From contig OZ244070.1 in assembly GCA_965215605.1 (NCBI GenBank), positions 32,001 through 96,000 of the forward strand: a stretch of DNA of 64,000 nt. Direction: 5' to 3'. Below, one piece after another: positions 30,656 to 39,118 of this stretch; the first letter of the stretch is position 1, and every line of letters starts with the position of its first letter. The notes beneath the pieces are model-generated. The model was given only the letters and a program-made list of their open reading frames with translations. It was not told where the DNA came from and searched no databases. Position numbers and translations under genes: made by a program. This DNA comes from an uncultured Candidatus Binatia bacterium. Lineage in GTDB: Bacteria > Desulfobacterota > Binatia > UBA9968 > JAJDTQ01.

Positions 30656-31512
30656 TCCCCGGCGCGTTCGACTACCACGCACCCTCGTCCCTGGACGAAG
30701 CACTGTCGCTGCTGTCCGCCAACCTGGACGACGCCAAGGTCCTGGCCGGCGGCCAGAGCCTGCTGCCGCTCATGAAGCTGCGGCTGGCCAAGCCCGAGGT
30801 CATCATCGACATCGGCGGCCTCGACGAGCTCAACTACATCCGCGAGGACGGAGACCACATCGCCATCGGCGCGCTGGCGACCTACACCGACGTGGCGGAG
30901 TCCGAGTTGATCCTCAGCCGCTGCCCGCTGCTGGCCCAGACCGCCGTGGTGGTGGGCGACGTCCAGGTGCGGAACCGCGGCACCGTCGGCGGCGGACTCG
31001 CCCACGCCGATCCCGCCGAGGACCTGCCGGCCGCCATCCTGGCCCTCGACGCCGAACTCAAGGCAACCGGACCTGACGGCGAGCGCTGGATCCCCGCCGG
31101 CGAGTTCTTCATCACCATGCTCACCACCAGCCTCATGCCCGAAGAACTGCTCACCGAGATCCGGGTGCCCGCCCGGGACGGCTACAGGACATCGTACCAG
31201 AAGGTGTCGCGCCAAGCCGCCGGCTTCGCCATCGTCGGCGTCGCGGTGTGCCTGAAGGAGTCCGCCAACGGCGTCTGCGAGGACATTTCGGTAGCGGTCA
31301 CCGGCATGACCGACGTGGCCTTCCGCGCCGAAAAGGTAGAAGCCGCGCTACGGGGCCAGAAGCTCGACGACAGCGCCATCGCAAGCGCGGCTGCGCTGGT
31401 GACGGACGGCGTCGACCCCATCGAGGATGTCAACGCCACCCCCGCCTACCGCTCACACTTGGCGCAGGTGTACGTGGAGAGGACGATTCAGGCGGCACGG
31501 GCGGACGACTAG
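30652..31512 (+). CDS. FAD-binding medium subunit, CoxM-like
   Basis: Start [11 protein letters not shown]; LAGGQSLLP, QVRNRGTVGG. Confidence 0.92.
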   Translation: MIPGAFDYHAPSSLDEALSLLSANLDDAKVLAGGQSLLPLMKLRLAKPEVIIDIGGLDELNYIREDGDHIAIGALATYTDVAESELILSRCPLLAQTAVVVGDVQVRNRGTVGGGLAHADPAEDLPAAILALDAELKATGPDGERWIPAGEFFITMLTTSLMPEELLTEIRVPARDGYRTSYQKVSRQAAGFAIVGVAVCLKESANGVCEDISVAVTGMTDVAFRAEKVEAALRGQKLDDSAIASAAALVTDGVDPIEDVNATPAYRSHLAQVYVERTIQAARADD

Positions 31513-31543
31513 AGAGCTCCAGGCACAAGCCCCGTCGAGCCCA

Positions 31544-32161
31544 TCACACCTCCCGCACGGCACCGGAAGCGCTCAGCACAAGAGAAGCCACGCCGCACGC
31601 GATCAGGACGCCTCCGAATACCACGGTTATCTTGCTGGTCCCCACGTTGGGGATGAACACGAACACGGTCACCAGGGTGCCGAGCACGTTTCCCATGGTG
31701 GAGACTCCGTACACGGCGCCGGTGATGCGTCCGCCGTACTCCAGTTCCTTGAGCAAGAGACGGACGAAGAACGGGGATAGCGCTGCAAGAAGCGCCACGG
31801 GGAGAAACGTCAGACACACGGCGGCGAGCATGATGCCCCAGAAGTCGTAGCCGGCGGACAGCATGATGGCTTCCATGACCCGGTTCGCCAGGAACGCCAC
31901 GAGGATCAGGTACACCCCGACGACGGAGAGCACGCTCGATACGATCCAGATTTCCCGGGAACGATCGGCGACGATGCCTCCCATGGTGTAGCCAACCATC
32001 ATCGCGAAAAGCACCACGGAAATCAGGCAGGCCCATGTCGTGATGCCGCTGCCGAAGTAGGGATTGAGGTACCGGCTTCCCAACATCTCGAAGCCCATGA
32101 GGGCGAAGCCGGAAAGAAAGATCAGCAGGAACAGCCACACCGAACCGATCGCACGTCCCAT
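31544..32161 (-). CDS. Membrane protein like the N-terminal TM domain of fused MFS/spermidine synthase
   Basis: FLSGFALMGFEMLGSRYLNPYFGS...W, G.VYGVSTMGNVLGT; TGATG-coupled to the upstream gene. Confidence 0.8.
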   Translation of the reverse strand: MGRAIGSVWLFLLIFLSGFALMGFEMLGSRYLNPYFGSGITTWACLISVVLFAMMVGYTMGGIVADRSREIWIVSSVLSVVGVYLILVAFLANRVMEAIMLSAGYDFWGIMLAAVCLTFLPVALLAALSPFFVRLLLKELEYGGRITGAVYGVSTMGNVLGTLVTVFVFIPNVGTSKITVVFGGVLIACGVASLVLSASGAVREV

Positions 32162-33096
32162 CACCACTTCCCTTTCAGGAACTCGTCCAGTTTGCGATTG
32201 TGCCTCTTTATCGCGCGGAGCGATTCCACCGGCGCGAAATCGTCCGTGAGCGCGGCGGTGTCCGGCAGGCGTTCGACGCTGCGTCGTCGGGAGACCATTC
32301 CGCTCAACGGGTACTTGAACCCGAACGCATCGTCCAACCTTGCGGCGGTTGACGCCAACCGCGCCTGTTCGCGCCTGGGCCCGTCATAGGCGATCATCAC
32401 CACGTTACCTCCCGCATCGTACAGGTCCACGTGGTCGAAGACCTTGCCGATGGTGACGAGGGCGGCGTCGAACATCATGGTGTTGGGCTCGACGTTCTGC
32501 GCCACGGCCCCGCCAGGCCTGAGACGGCTCTTCACGAGCGTGTAGAACTCCGTCGTAAGCAAGTGAAACGGCACGAACGCGCTGCGATAGGCGTCGATCA
32601 GGATGACCGGCCACTTTGTTCTCCGCCTCACGATATATCGGCGCCCATCCTCGATGGAGACGTCGAAATTCCGTTCGAGCCGGATCCCGAAGTAACGTTT
32701 GGCCAGATCGAACACCTCCCGGTCGAGCTCCACCGAAACGACTTCAAGGTCGGGCATGGTCCTGTGGAGGTACCACGCGGTCCGGCCCCCGCCGAAACCG
32801 ATTTCGAGGACGCGGTCCACGTCGCCCGCGTAGGCGAGGACGGCGGTCATGTACCGGGTGTATCGTGAAGGGAGCGCGAACTCGTCGCGCGTGTCGTAGA
32901 CCGTCTCCGTGTAGAGCGCCCGGTTGTGACCGAACGTCATGGTGACGATGGGGCCTTCCTTGAAGACGTAGATGTTGTTGTATACGGACTCGCGTTTGGC
33001 TATCAGAACCGGATCGGACGCCGCGGGTTGCGGTCCCGCGAACAGTAACAGTGCGACGCAGAGTGCGCCAAGCGGTGCTTTCCTGGAATTCGGCAC
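32161..33096 (-). CDS. Spermidine-synthase-like SAM-dependent methyltransferase domain with signal peptide
   Basis: ESVYNNIYV, VLEIGFGGG, VELD, EDGR, IDAY, HLLTTEFY, LTDDFAPVE. Confidence 0.8.
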   Translation of the reverse strand: MPNSRKAPLGALCVALLLFAGPQPAASDPVLIAKRESVYNNIYVFKEGPIVTMTFGHNRALYTETVYDTRDEFALPSRYTRYMTAVLAYAGDVDRVLEIGFGGGRTAWYLHRTMPDLEVVSVELDREVFDLAKRYFGIRLERNFDVSIEDGRRYIVRRRTKWPVILIDAYRSAFVPFHLLTTEFYTLVKSRLRPGGAVAQNVEPNTMMFDAALVTIGKVFDHVDLYDAGGNVVMIAYDGPRREQARLASTAARLDDAFGFKYPLSGMVSRRRSVERLPDTAALTDDFAPVESLRAIKRHNRKLDEFLKGKW

Positions 33097-33132
33097 GCTG
33101 AGGTTCCCAAGCTACTCCATCGCCACGAGATC

Positions 33133-33510
33133 CTACCCCGACGACGTGGACAACTCCAGCCGGTTTCCGCTCGGGTCGATGACGTAGACCGAGTACCCGT
33201 TGCCCTCGCCGTGGCGGCGGATTTCGCTCACCTTGGCGCCCCTGGCCTCGATTTCCTTGACGAAGTCCTCGGGCTCGCCCGGTGATCCGTCGATCTCGAA
33301 GGTGTGGTGAGGCACGCGGGGGTGGCGATCCTTGGAGGCGTCGAAGACGCCCAGGACGATGCCGCCGAGATTGAGCCGGACCACATCCACGCCAGCCACC
33401 ACGTGCTTTTTGCGGACCGTGGCCCCGAGGACATCCTGGTAGAAGCTCACGGTCTTGTCCAGATCCTCGGCATTGAAATTCCACGAACGGAACTGGGCCA
33501 GCTTGGACAT
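33133..33510 (-). CDS. VOC/glyoxalase family protein
   Basis: DLDKTVSFYQDVLG, DPSGNRLEL. Confidence 0.85.
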   Translation of the reverse strand: MSKLAQFRSWNFNAEDLDKTVSFYQDVLGATVRKKHVVAGVDVVRLNLGGIVLGVFDASKDRHPRVPHHTFEIDGSPGEPEDFVKEIEARGAKVSEIRRHGEGNGYSVYVIDPSGNRLELSTSSG

Positions 33511-33554
33511 GATGAAACCTCCTCTTGAATGGCCCCTCTCGGCGGGAGAGGGCG

Positions 33555-34919
33555 TTATTCGACTCGGGCAGCTTCGAACAAGCCATCGAGATTTTCAAGC
33601 TCGTCGAACCGCCACAGCAGCTCCGCCAGCGACTTCTGCCGCGACGGCGACAGGACGCCCGTCGTAAGGCCCAGGAACTTCCGCTCGAGCTCGTCGTCGG
33701 AAAGCGGATTTCGGCTGTGACCCCTGGGGAAGTCGGCGGCTTGTGTCAGCCGGCGTCCGGAACGCAGCTCGATCTCCATTCGGGCCCGCTGCTGGGCGGG
33801 ATAGTTGCGGGTGGCCTCGGGGTCCTCGCCGACCTCGACCTTGCGCATGAGCGGCCGCAGCAGCGGATCGCCGATACGTTTCTCGTCGAAGCTGGCCGGG
33901 GTCAGCGCGCCGTCGGTCAGGGCGGCGGCAACCACGTACGGGAGGCTGTGATCAGCGGTTTCGCGGGTCCTGGGATCCCATTTCTCGGGCTCGCCCGCGG
34001 CGTTCCGGACGGCCACCGCGTAGGTGGCGATGCGGATGCGTTCCAAGTCGTCCAGGTGGAACTCGTCCCTCAGCTCCAGGGCCATGGCCGCGCCGGCCTG
34101 GGTGTGGATCTGCACCGGGAAATACTTGATGCTGGTGTCGCTGAGCTTGAACCGGACGCCCGCCCCGGCATCGCCGAAACCGTCGAGCTGCAGGGCTCCG
34201 GTCACCTGGTCGAACAAGCCGTAGCGTCCTTCGAAGGGTTCGGGCGGCCCCTCCATGCCGGCACCGGCGAGGAGCGCGGCGAAGACGCCGTTGCGGACGG
34301 CCATGGCGGTGGCGCAGCCCTTCCACATGGACAGCTCGCCCACCCGGGTCTGACCCAGCGGCACCTGGGACACGGCCGTCATGGACATGGCGTGGGCGAG
34401 CCGGTCCTCCGGCAGCGCCAGGACCTTGCCCGCGGCACAGGCGCTCGCCGGACCGATGAAGAGTCCCTGGTCCCACCCCTTCTCGCGGGTGGCGAAGCGC
34501 TCGGCGAACTGTCCGTAGATCTCGTAGGCCAACACCAGCGCGGTGATCGCCGCGCGCCCGGACGCGCCGGCAGCCTCGGCCGCGGCCAGCACCGCGGGCA
34601 GCATGTCGCTGGGATGCCCTCCGCCCGGCGACACGAAGCTGTCGTTGCAGTCCAGGTAGCGGATCATGGCGGTGTTGGCGAAGGCGGCCATGTCCGGCGG
34701 GGTGACCCGTCCGGTTCCCAGGATCCGCGCCGCCGCCCCGCCGTGGACGGCGGGCGCCAGTTCCCGGGCGATGCGGCACGGCTCGGCAGCGTAGGCCCCC
34801 AACGCGCAACCCACCGAATCGAGGATCCGGCGGCGGGCCTCGTGGATCGTGTCGGGGGGGAGGTCCCGGTAGTCCAGGGCGGCGGCGTAGGCGCTCAAGT
34901 ATTTCGCGCTGGCATCCAT
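33555..34919 (-). CDS. MmgE/PrpD family protein
   Basis: RYLDCNDS...GHPSD, GELSMWKG, ETADHSLPY; start MDASAKY. Confidence 0.88.
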   Translation of the reverse strand: MDASAKYLSAYAAALDYRDLPPDTIHEARRRILDSVGCALGAYAAEPCRIARELAPAVHGGAAARILGTGRVTPPDMAAFANTAMIRYLDCNDSFVSPGGGHPSDMLPAVLAAAEAAGASGRAAITALVLAYEIYGQFAERFATREKGWDQGLFIGPASACAAGKVLALPEDRLAHAMSMTAVSQVPLGQTRVGELSMWKGCATAMAVRNGVFAALLAGAGMEGPPEPFEGRYGLFDQVTGALQLDGFGDAGAGVRFKLSDTSIKYFPVQIHTQAGAAMALELRDEFHLDDLERIRIATYAVAVRNAAGEPEKWDPRTRETADHSLPYVVAAALTDGALTPASFDEKRIGDPLLRPLMRKVEVGEDPEATRNYPAQQRARMEIELRSGRRLTQAADFPRGHSRNPLSDDELERKFLGLTTGVLSPSRQKSLAELLWRFDELENLDGLFEAARVE

Positions 34920-34926
34920 AACGACG

Positions 34927-35436
34927 TCATCCGCTCCCACCGCCTGCATCGGAACCCCGCAGGCCCGCGAAGAACCGCTTGAGCAGGCCTGCGCACCGCT
35001 CCGCCAGGACACCTTCGGTAACGGCCACGCGGTGGTTGAGGCGCGGGTCGTCGCAAACCCGGTAGAGCGACCTCACCGCGCCACCCTTGGGGTCCGGGCA
35101 GCCGAACACCAGGCGCTCGATGCGGGCCTGGACGATGGCGCCCGCGCACATGACGCAGGGCTCAAGGGTCACGTACAGCGTGCAGTCATCCAGGCGCCAG
35201 GACCCGCGTTCCCGGGCCGCCTCCCTGATGGCCAGGATCTCGGCGTGGCTCGTCGGATCTCCCAGGGCCTCGCGCAGGTTGTGTCCCCGGCCGACCACCG
35301 AGCCGCCGGACACGACCACCGAGCCGCCGGACACGACCACCGCCCCGACGGGCACCTCCGCCTCCCGGCTCGCGGCCTCGGCCTCGGCCAGCGCCCGCGC
35401 CATGAACGCCTCATCCCCCTGCCGTGTGTCGGTCAC
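34927..35436 (-). CDS. tadA: tRNA adenosine(34) deaminase
   Basis: EVPVGAV, DPTSHAE, LYVTLEPCVMCAGA, DPKGGA, RLNH. Confidence 0.9.
   Translation of the reverse strand: MTDTRQGDEAFMARALAEAEAASREAEVPVGAVVVSGGSVVVSGGSVVGRGHNLREALGDPTSHAEILAIREAARERGSWRLDDCTLYVTLEPCVMCAGAIVQARIERLVFGCPDPKGGAVRSLYRVCDDPRLNHRVAVTEGVLAERCAGLLKRFFAGLRGSDAGGGSG
35292..35342. repeat. Perfect 21-bp tandem duplication within tadA (about 2.4 copies)
   Basis: CGACCACCGAGCCGCCGGACA twice plus CGACCACCG; protein reads VVVSGGSVVVSGGSVV. Confidence 0.9.
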
Positions 35437-35498
35437 GGGCTCATCCCGACCCGGTTCCGACCCCCGCGTTCGGCGGCCCGGCCGATGTCCGGGAAACC

Positions 35499-35966
35499 CT
35501 AAGCCAGCTCCGCCAGGTCATCGAGCACCTCTTGCGCGTGCTGCCCGGGTTTCACCTTCTCGTAAATCCTGGCGATCTTGCCCTTGGGGTCGATGAGAAA
35601 CGACATCCGGTAGGTGCCCTCGTATTCCCTACCCATGAACTTCTTGAGCCCCCAGACATCGTACAGCCTCACCACCTCCTTTTCCTCGTCCGCCAGCAAC
35701 GTGAACGGAAGCCGGTGCTTCTCGGCGAACCTGGCGTGGCTCTTGACCGGATCGATGCTGACTCCCAGGACGATGGCCTCGGCCTTGTCGAACTCGGCTA
35801 TGTGGTCCCGTATACTACGGGCCTCCATCGTTCAGCCGGGGGTGGCGTCCTTGGGGTAGAAGAACAGCAGCACCCACTTCCCCTTGTAGCCGGAGAGCTC
35901 ATGGGACTTGCCGTTCTGGTCCATCAGCCGGAAGTCCGGCGCCTTGTCACCGGGCTTGTGTTTCAT
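35499..35966 (-). CDS. bcp: BCP/PrxQ peroxiredoxin, predicted selenoprotein (UGA at codon 45)
   Basis: MKHKPGDKAPDFRLMDQNGK...WVLLFFYPKDATPG[TGA]TMEA continues in frame into ORF 35499..35828 (GVSID, LLAD, RMSFLIDPKGKI, VKPGQHA). TGA is at 35832-35834. Confidence 0.85.
35804..35823 (-). promoter_or_regulatory. Putative bacterial SECIS hairpin
   Basis: mRNA GGCCCGUA-GUA-UACGGGACC; the apical G lies about 17 nt 3' of the UGA. Confidence 0.65.
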
Positions 35967-36135
35967 GGGTCCGTTTCCTCCCGTGGGGTGTTCCCGGATG
36001 TTCTACAACGCGGGGTGGCCCGTGCCAAGCCGGCCGTGGCGGAACCGGCCCGTCTTGACACCCCATCTCTTGCATGAGCAGAATCCGCATGTCCCGGGAG
36101 CGGGACGCCTGCATGAAACCCGAACGGAGGAACCC

Positions 36136-36933
36136 ATGGAAACGGTACACAAACCGCGGAGCTACGGCGAGCACTCCGAGCACTGGCTCGACTTCGAGGA
36201 AAGCCCCCGGCGCCTGCGGGTGAAGTTCGGCGGGGAGACCCTCGTCGACACGAAACGGGCCATGCTTCTGCGGGAAGCGGGGCACGTCCCGGTCTACTAT
36301 TTCCCGCCGGAAGACGTCCGCATGGAGTTCCTGACGCCCAACGACCACCATACCCGCTGCCCCGTCAAGGGGGAGGCTTGCTACTGGGACGTGGCCGCGG
36401 AGGGCAAGACGGCCGAATCGGCCGCCTGGAGCTACCCAGACCCCCTGGCGCAGTCCCGTGACATCGCGGGATACCTCTCCTTCTACTGGAACCGGATGGA
36501 CGGCTGGTACGAGGAGGAGGACGAGATCTTCGTCCATGCCCGGGACCCGTACAAGCGCGTGGACGTGCTCAAGAGCTCACGCCACGTGCGGGTGACCTTG
36601 GGCGGCGAGGTGGTGGCGGATTCGCGGCAGCCCCGGCTGGTGCTCGAGACCGGCCACCTGATCCGCTATTACCTGCCGCGGGAAGACGTGCGCATGGACC
36701 TGCTGGAACCCAGCGACACCAGGTCGCGTTGTCCCTACAAGGGCACGGCCCGCTATTGGTCCGCCAACGTAAACGGCACGCCCTTCGAGGACACGGTCTG
36801 GAGCTACGAGGAAACCATCCCCGAGTGTCCCAGGATCAAGGACCTGATGTGCTTCTTCAACGAGCGCGTCGACGCCATCCACGTGGACGGCGAACGGTTG
36901 GAGATTCCGAAGACCAAGTGGTCGCGGAGTTGA
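36136..36933 (+). CDS. Tandem DUF427 domain protein
   Basis: Two repeats of YYxP..DV...T.CPxKG.A.YW...WSY; GGAGG RBS. Confidence 0.9.
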   Translation: METVHKPRSYGEHSEHWLDFEESPRRLRVKFGGETLVDTKRAMLLREAGHVPVYYFPPEDVRMEFLTPNDHHTRCPVKGEACYWDVAAEGKTAESAAWSYPDPLAQSRDIAGYLSFYWNRMDGWYEEEDEIFVHARDPYKRVDVLKSSRHVRVTLGGEVVADSRQPRLVLETGHLIRYYLPREDVRMDLLEPSDTRSRCPYKGTARYWSANVNGTPFEDTVWSYEETIPECPRIKDLMCFFNERVDAIHVDGERLEIPKTKWSRS

Positions 36934-36954
36934 CGCCGGCCGGGCGGCCGTACC

Positions 36955-37743
36955 CTATGCCGCGGTGGATGCAGCCGGGCGGTGGGCGGCCCCTTCCGGG
37001 GCCAGGACGCCGGCCTCGCGCAGCTTCGGGAACAACTCGACGAGGCTCCGGATGAGGAGCTTCGGCCTGGCCGCGGCCAGAGTCTCCTCGTCGTTGTAGG
37101 AGTGCTCCGTGGCCAGGGCCACGGTGAACACCGAGAGGTCGCTGCCGGCCACCTGGGCGAACTCCAGGTTGTTGCCCGCCCGCAGGTAGGCGGCGGTTCC
37201 GGACAGGAGAATCACTTCGAGATTCCGGTTGAGCTTCCGGAACAGGTGGTAGATGCCCTGCTCCTTGCGGAAGTAGGTCTCGTCGCGGTCGATGATCTCC
37301 TCGAAATACTCGCTGATGCCGTGCTCCTCCATGACCCGGTGCTTGTAGCGGCGGCCGCTGGTGGTGAGCACCATGTTGCTCAGGCCCGCGGCCCGGGCCT
37401 GCTTCAGGGACTCCTCGACGCCGGGGATGAAGTCCGGCGGGTTGACGTCGAAGCCGTGCCGGCGGGCGATCTCCAGCGCGTGGCCGCGGATTTCGCGGCG
37501 GACCCCCTCATTGTAGATGAGGCTCGGGTCGCGGGCGTAGTCTTCCGCGAAAAGGATCGGCGCCAGGAAGAAGTCGAACGGCCCGTCCGCCACCTTGCGC
37601 AGCTCCTCGAAGGAAAGCTTGGGCTTGTGGTAGCGCGGGAGGATCTCGTTGGCGATGACGTGGACCCGATGGATGTCCGTCTCGATGGTGTCGGACATGG
37701 TCCGGATCAGGCATCTCTTGACCGGCACCGGCGCATCACTCAT
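36955..37743 (-). CDS. Divergent HAD-superfamily-like protein
   Basis: IPGVEESLKQARAAG, VLTTS, GISEYFEEII, EETLAAARPKLLIRSLVEL resemble phosphoglycolate phosphatase; no DxD motif. Confidence 0.55.
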   Translation of the reverse strand: MSDAPVPVKRCLIRTMSDTIETDIHRVHVIANEILPRYHKPKLSFEELRKVADGPFDFFLAPILFAEDYARDPSLIYNEGVRREIRGHALEIARRHGFDVNPPDFIPGVEESLKQARAAGLSNMVLTTSGRRYKHRVMEEHGISEYFEEIIDRDETYFRKEQGIYHLFRKLNRNLEVILLSGTAAYLRAGNNLEFAQVAGSDLSVFTVALATEHSYNDEETLAAARPKLLIRSLVELFPKLREAGVLAPEGAAHRPAASTAA

Positions 37744-37903
37744 GGCAACCCCCAAGGTTGGTGTCCTGAAATCCTGCGCTTCTTATGGCGCGAATTAGCC
37801 AGACACGACACTAGGTGGAAAACTGTTTCAGCATTAGCTAATCTGCCGGAACCCTGTCAACTGATTCAACTTCCTCAGGGAAGGTCAGACCCCTGGAGGC
37901 ATC

Positions 37904-38887
37904 ATGCTGAACCTGACTCTGGCGTGCGGCCACTATGACCGGACCGAAGCCCTGCGGGACGGGCGCGTGCGGCCCGACGGCATCCGGCTCAACTGCCTGA
38001 CGCTGAAGGTGGAGGAGACCTTCTGGCGCATGATGCAATACCGCGAGTTCGACGTGGCCGAGACCTCCCTGGGGGGCTACGTGGTGCGCCGGGGGCGCGG
38101 CGTCGACGACCTGATGGCGATTCCGGTATTCCCGTCGCGGTTCTTCCGCCAGTCCTGCATCTTCGTTCACGGCGGTTCGGGCATAGACGGTCCGGAGGAC
38201 CTCAAGGGCAAGCAAATCGGCGTGCCGGAGTACCAGATGACCGCGGCCGTGTGGGCGCGGGGAATCCTCTCGGACGACTACGGCGTCCGGGCCGAGGACG
38301 TCGAATGGATCCAGGGCGGTCTGGAAGACCCCGGCCGAATCCCCTTCGAGCCGGTGGAACCGGCGGGCATCAGCCTCGGCTTCGCGCCGCCGGAGCGCTC
38401 CCTGGCGCAAATGCTGGCCGACGGCGAGATCCAGGCCTTGATCACCGCCCGGACGCCCTCCACCTTCGCCCCTGCCGGCGCCACGGTACGGCGGCTCTTC
38501 CCGGAACCCTGGAAGGTGGAGCGGGACTACTTCAACCGCACCGGCATCTTCCCCATCATGCACACGGTGTCGATCCGGCGGGAGATTCTCGACGAGCATC
38601 CCTGGGTCGCCGCCACCCTGATGAAGGCCTTTTCCGAGGCCAAGGACCTGGCCGTGGCCGACCTTACCCAGACCAGCGCCCTCCCACTGACGCTGCCCTT
38701 CCTCACCGAGCACGCCTACCAGACCGTGGAGGCCATGGGCGAAGATTTCTGGCCCTACGGCCTGGAATCCAACCGCAAGACCCTCGAAACATTCGTACGT
38801 TACATGGGCGAACAGGGGATGATCGAGCACAGCATGGCCATCGAGGAACTGTTCGCCGCGAGCACGCACCGCACCTTTCGGATTTGA
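37904..38887 (+). CDS. ABC-type substrate-binding/4,5-dihydroxyphthalate decarboxylase-like protein
   Basis: LACGHYDRT, IPVFPSRFFR, GVPEYQMTA, GIFPIMH, WPYG. Confidence 0.8.
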   Translation: MLNLTLACGHYDRTEALRDGRVRPDGIRLNCLTLKVEETFWRMMQYREFDVAETSLGGYVVRRGRGVDDLMAIPVFPSRFFRQSCIFVHGGSGIDGPEDLKGKQIGVPEYQMTAAVWARGILSDDYGVRAEDVEWIQGGLEDPGRIPFEPVEPAGISLGFAPPERSLAQMLADGEIQALITARTPSTFAPAGATVRRLFPEPWKVERDYFNRTGIFPIMHTVSIRREILDEHPWVAATLMKAFSEAKDLAVADLTQTSALPLTLPFLTEHAYQTVEAMGEDFWPYGLESNRKTLETFVRYMGEQGMIEHSMAIEELFAASTHRTFRI

Positions 38888-39118
38888 TCGTGCCGTTTGG
38901 CGGGTGGGACCGTCCAGGTGCCGTTCAGTGACAATTGGCGATAACCACCCGAAAACACCGGCAAACCCCTGGTTACTCTCTGTGCAGGTCGCTGAAACAG
39001 CCGTTTCTCAAGGGCTGGAACCGCCCGGTACAACGGCATGTGAACAGGTTTTCCACAGGTCCGGTGGATGGCGTCAACAAGTCGCCGCACCCGTCGGGAA
39101 CCTGATGGGCGTGACGTC

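Noticed and set aside
33533-33554. Hairpin CCCTCTC-ggcgg-GAGAGGG as a novel element
   Set aside because: Single short stem after a stop codon; most simply a terminator or REP-like remnant.
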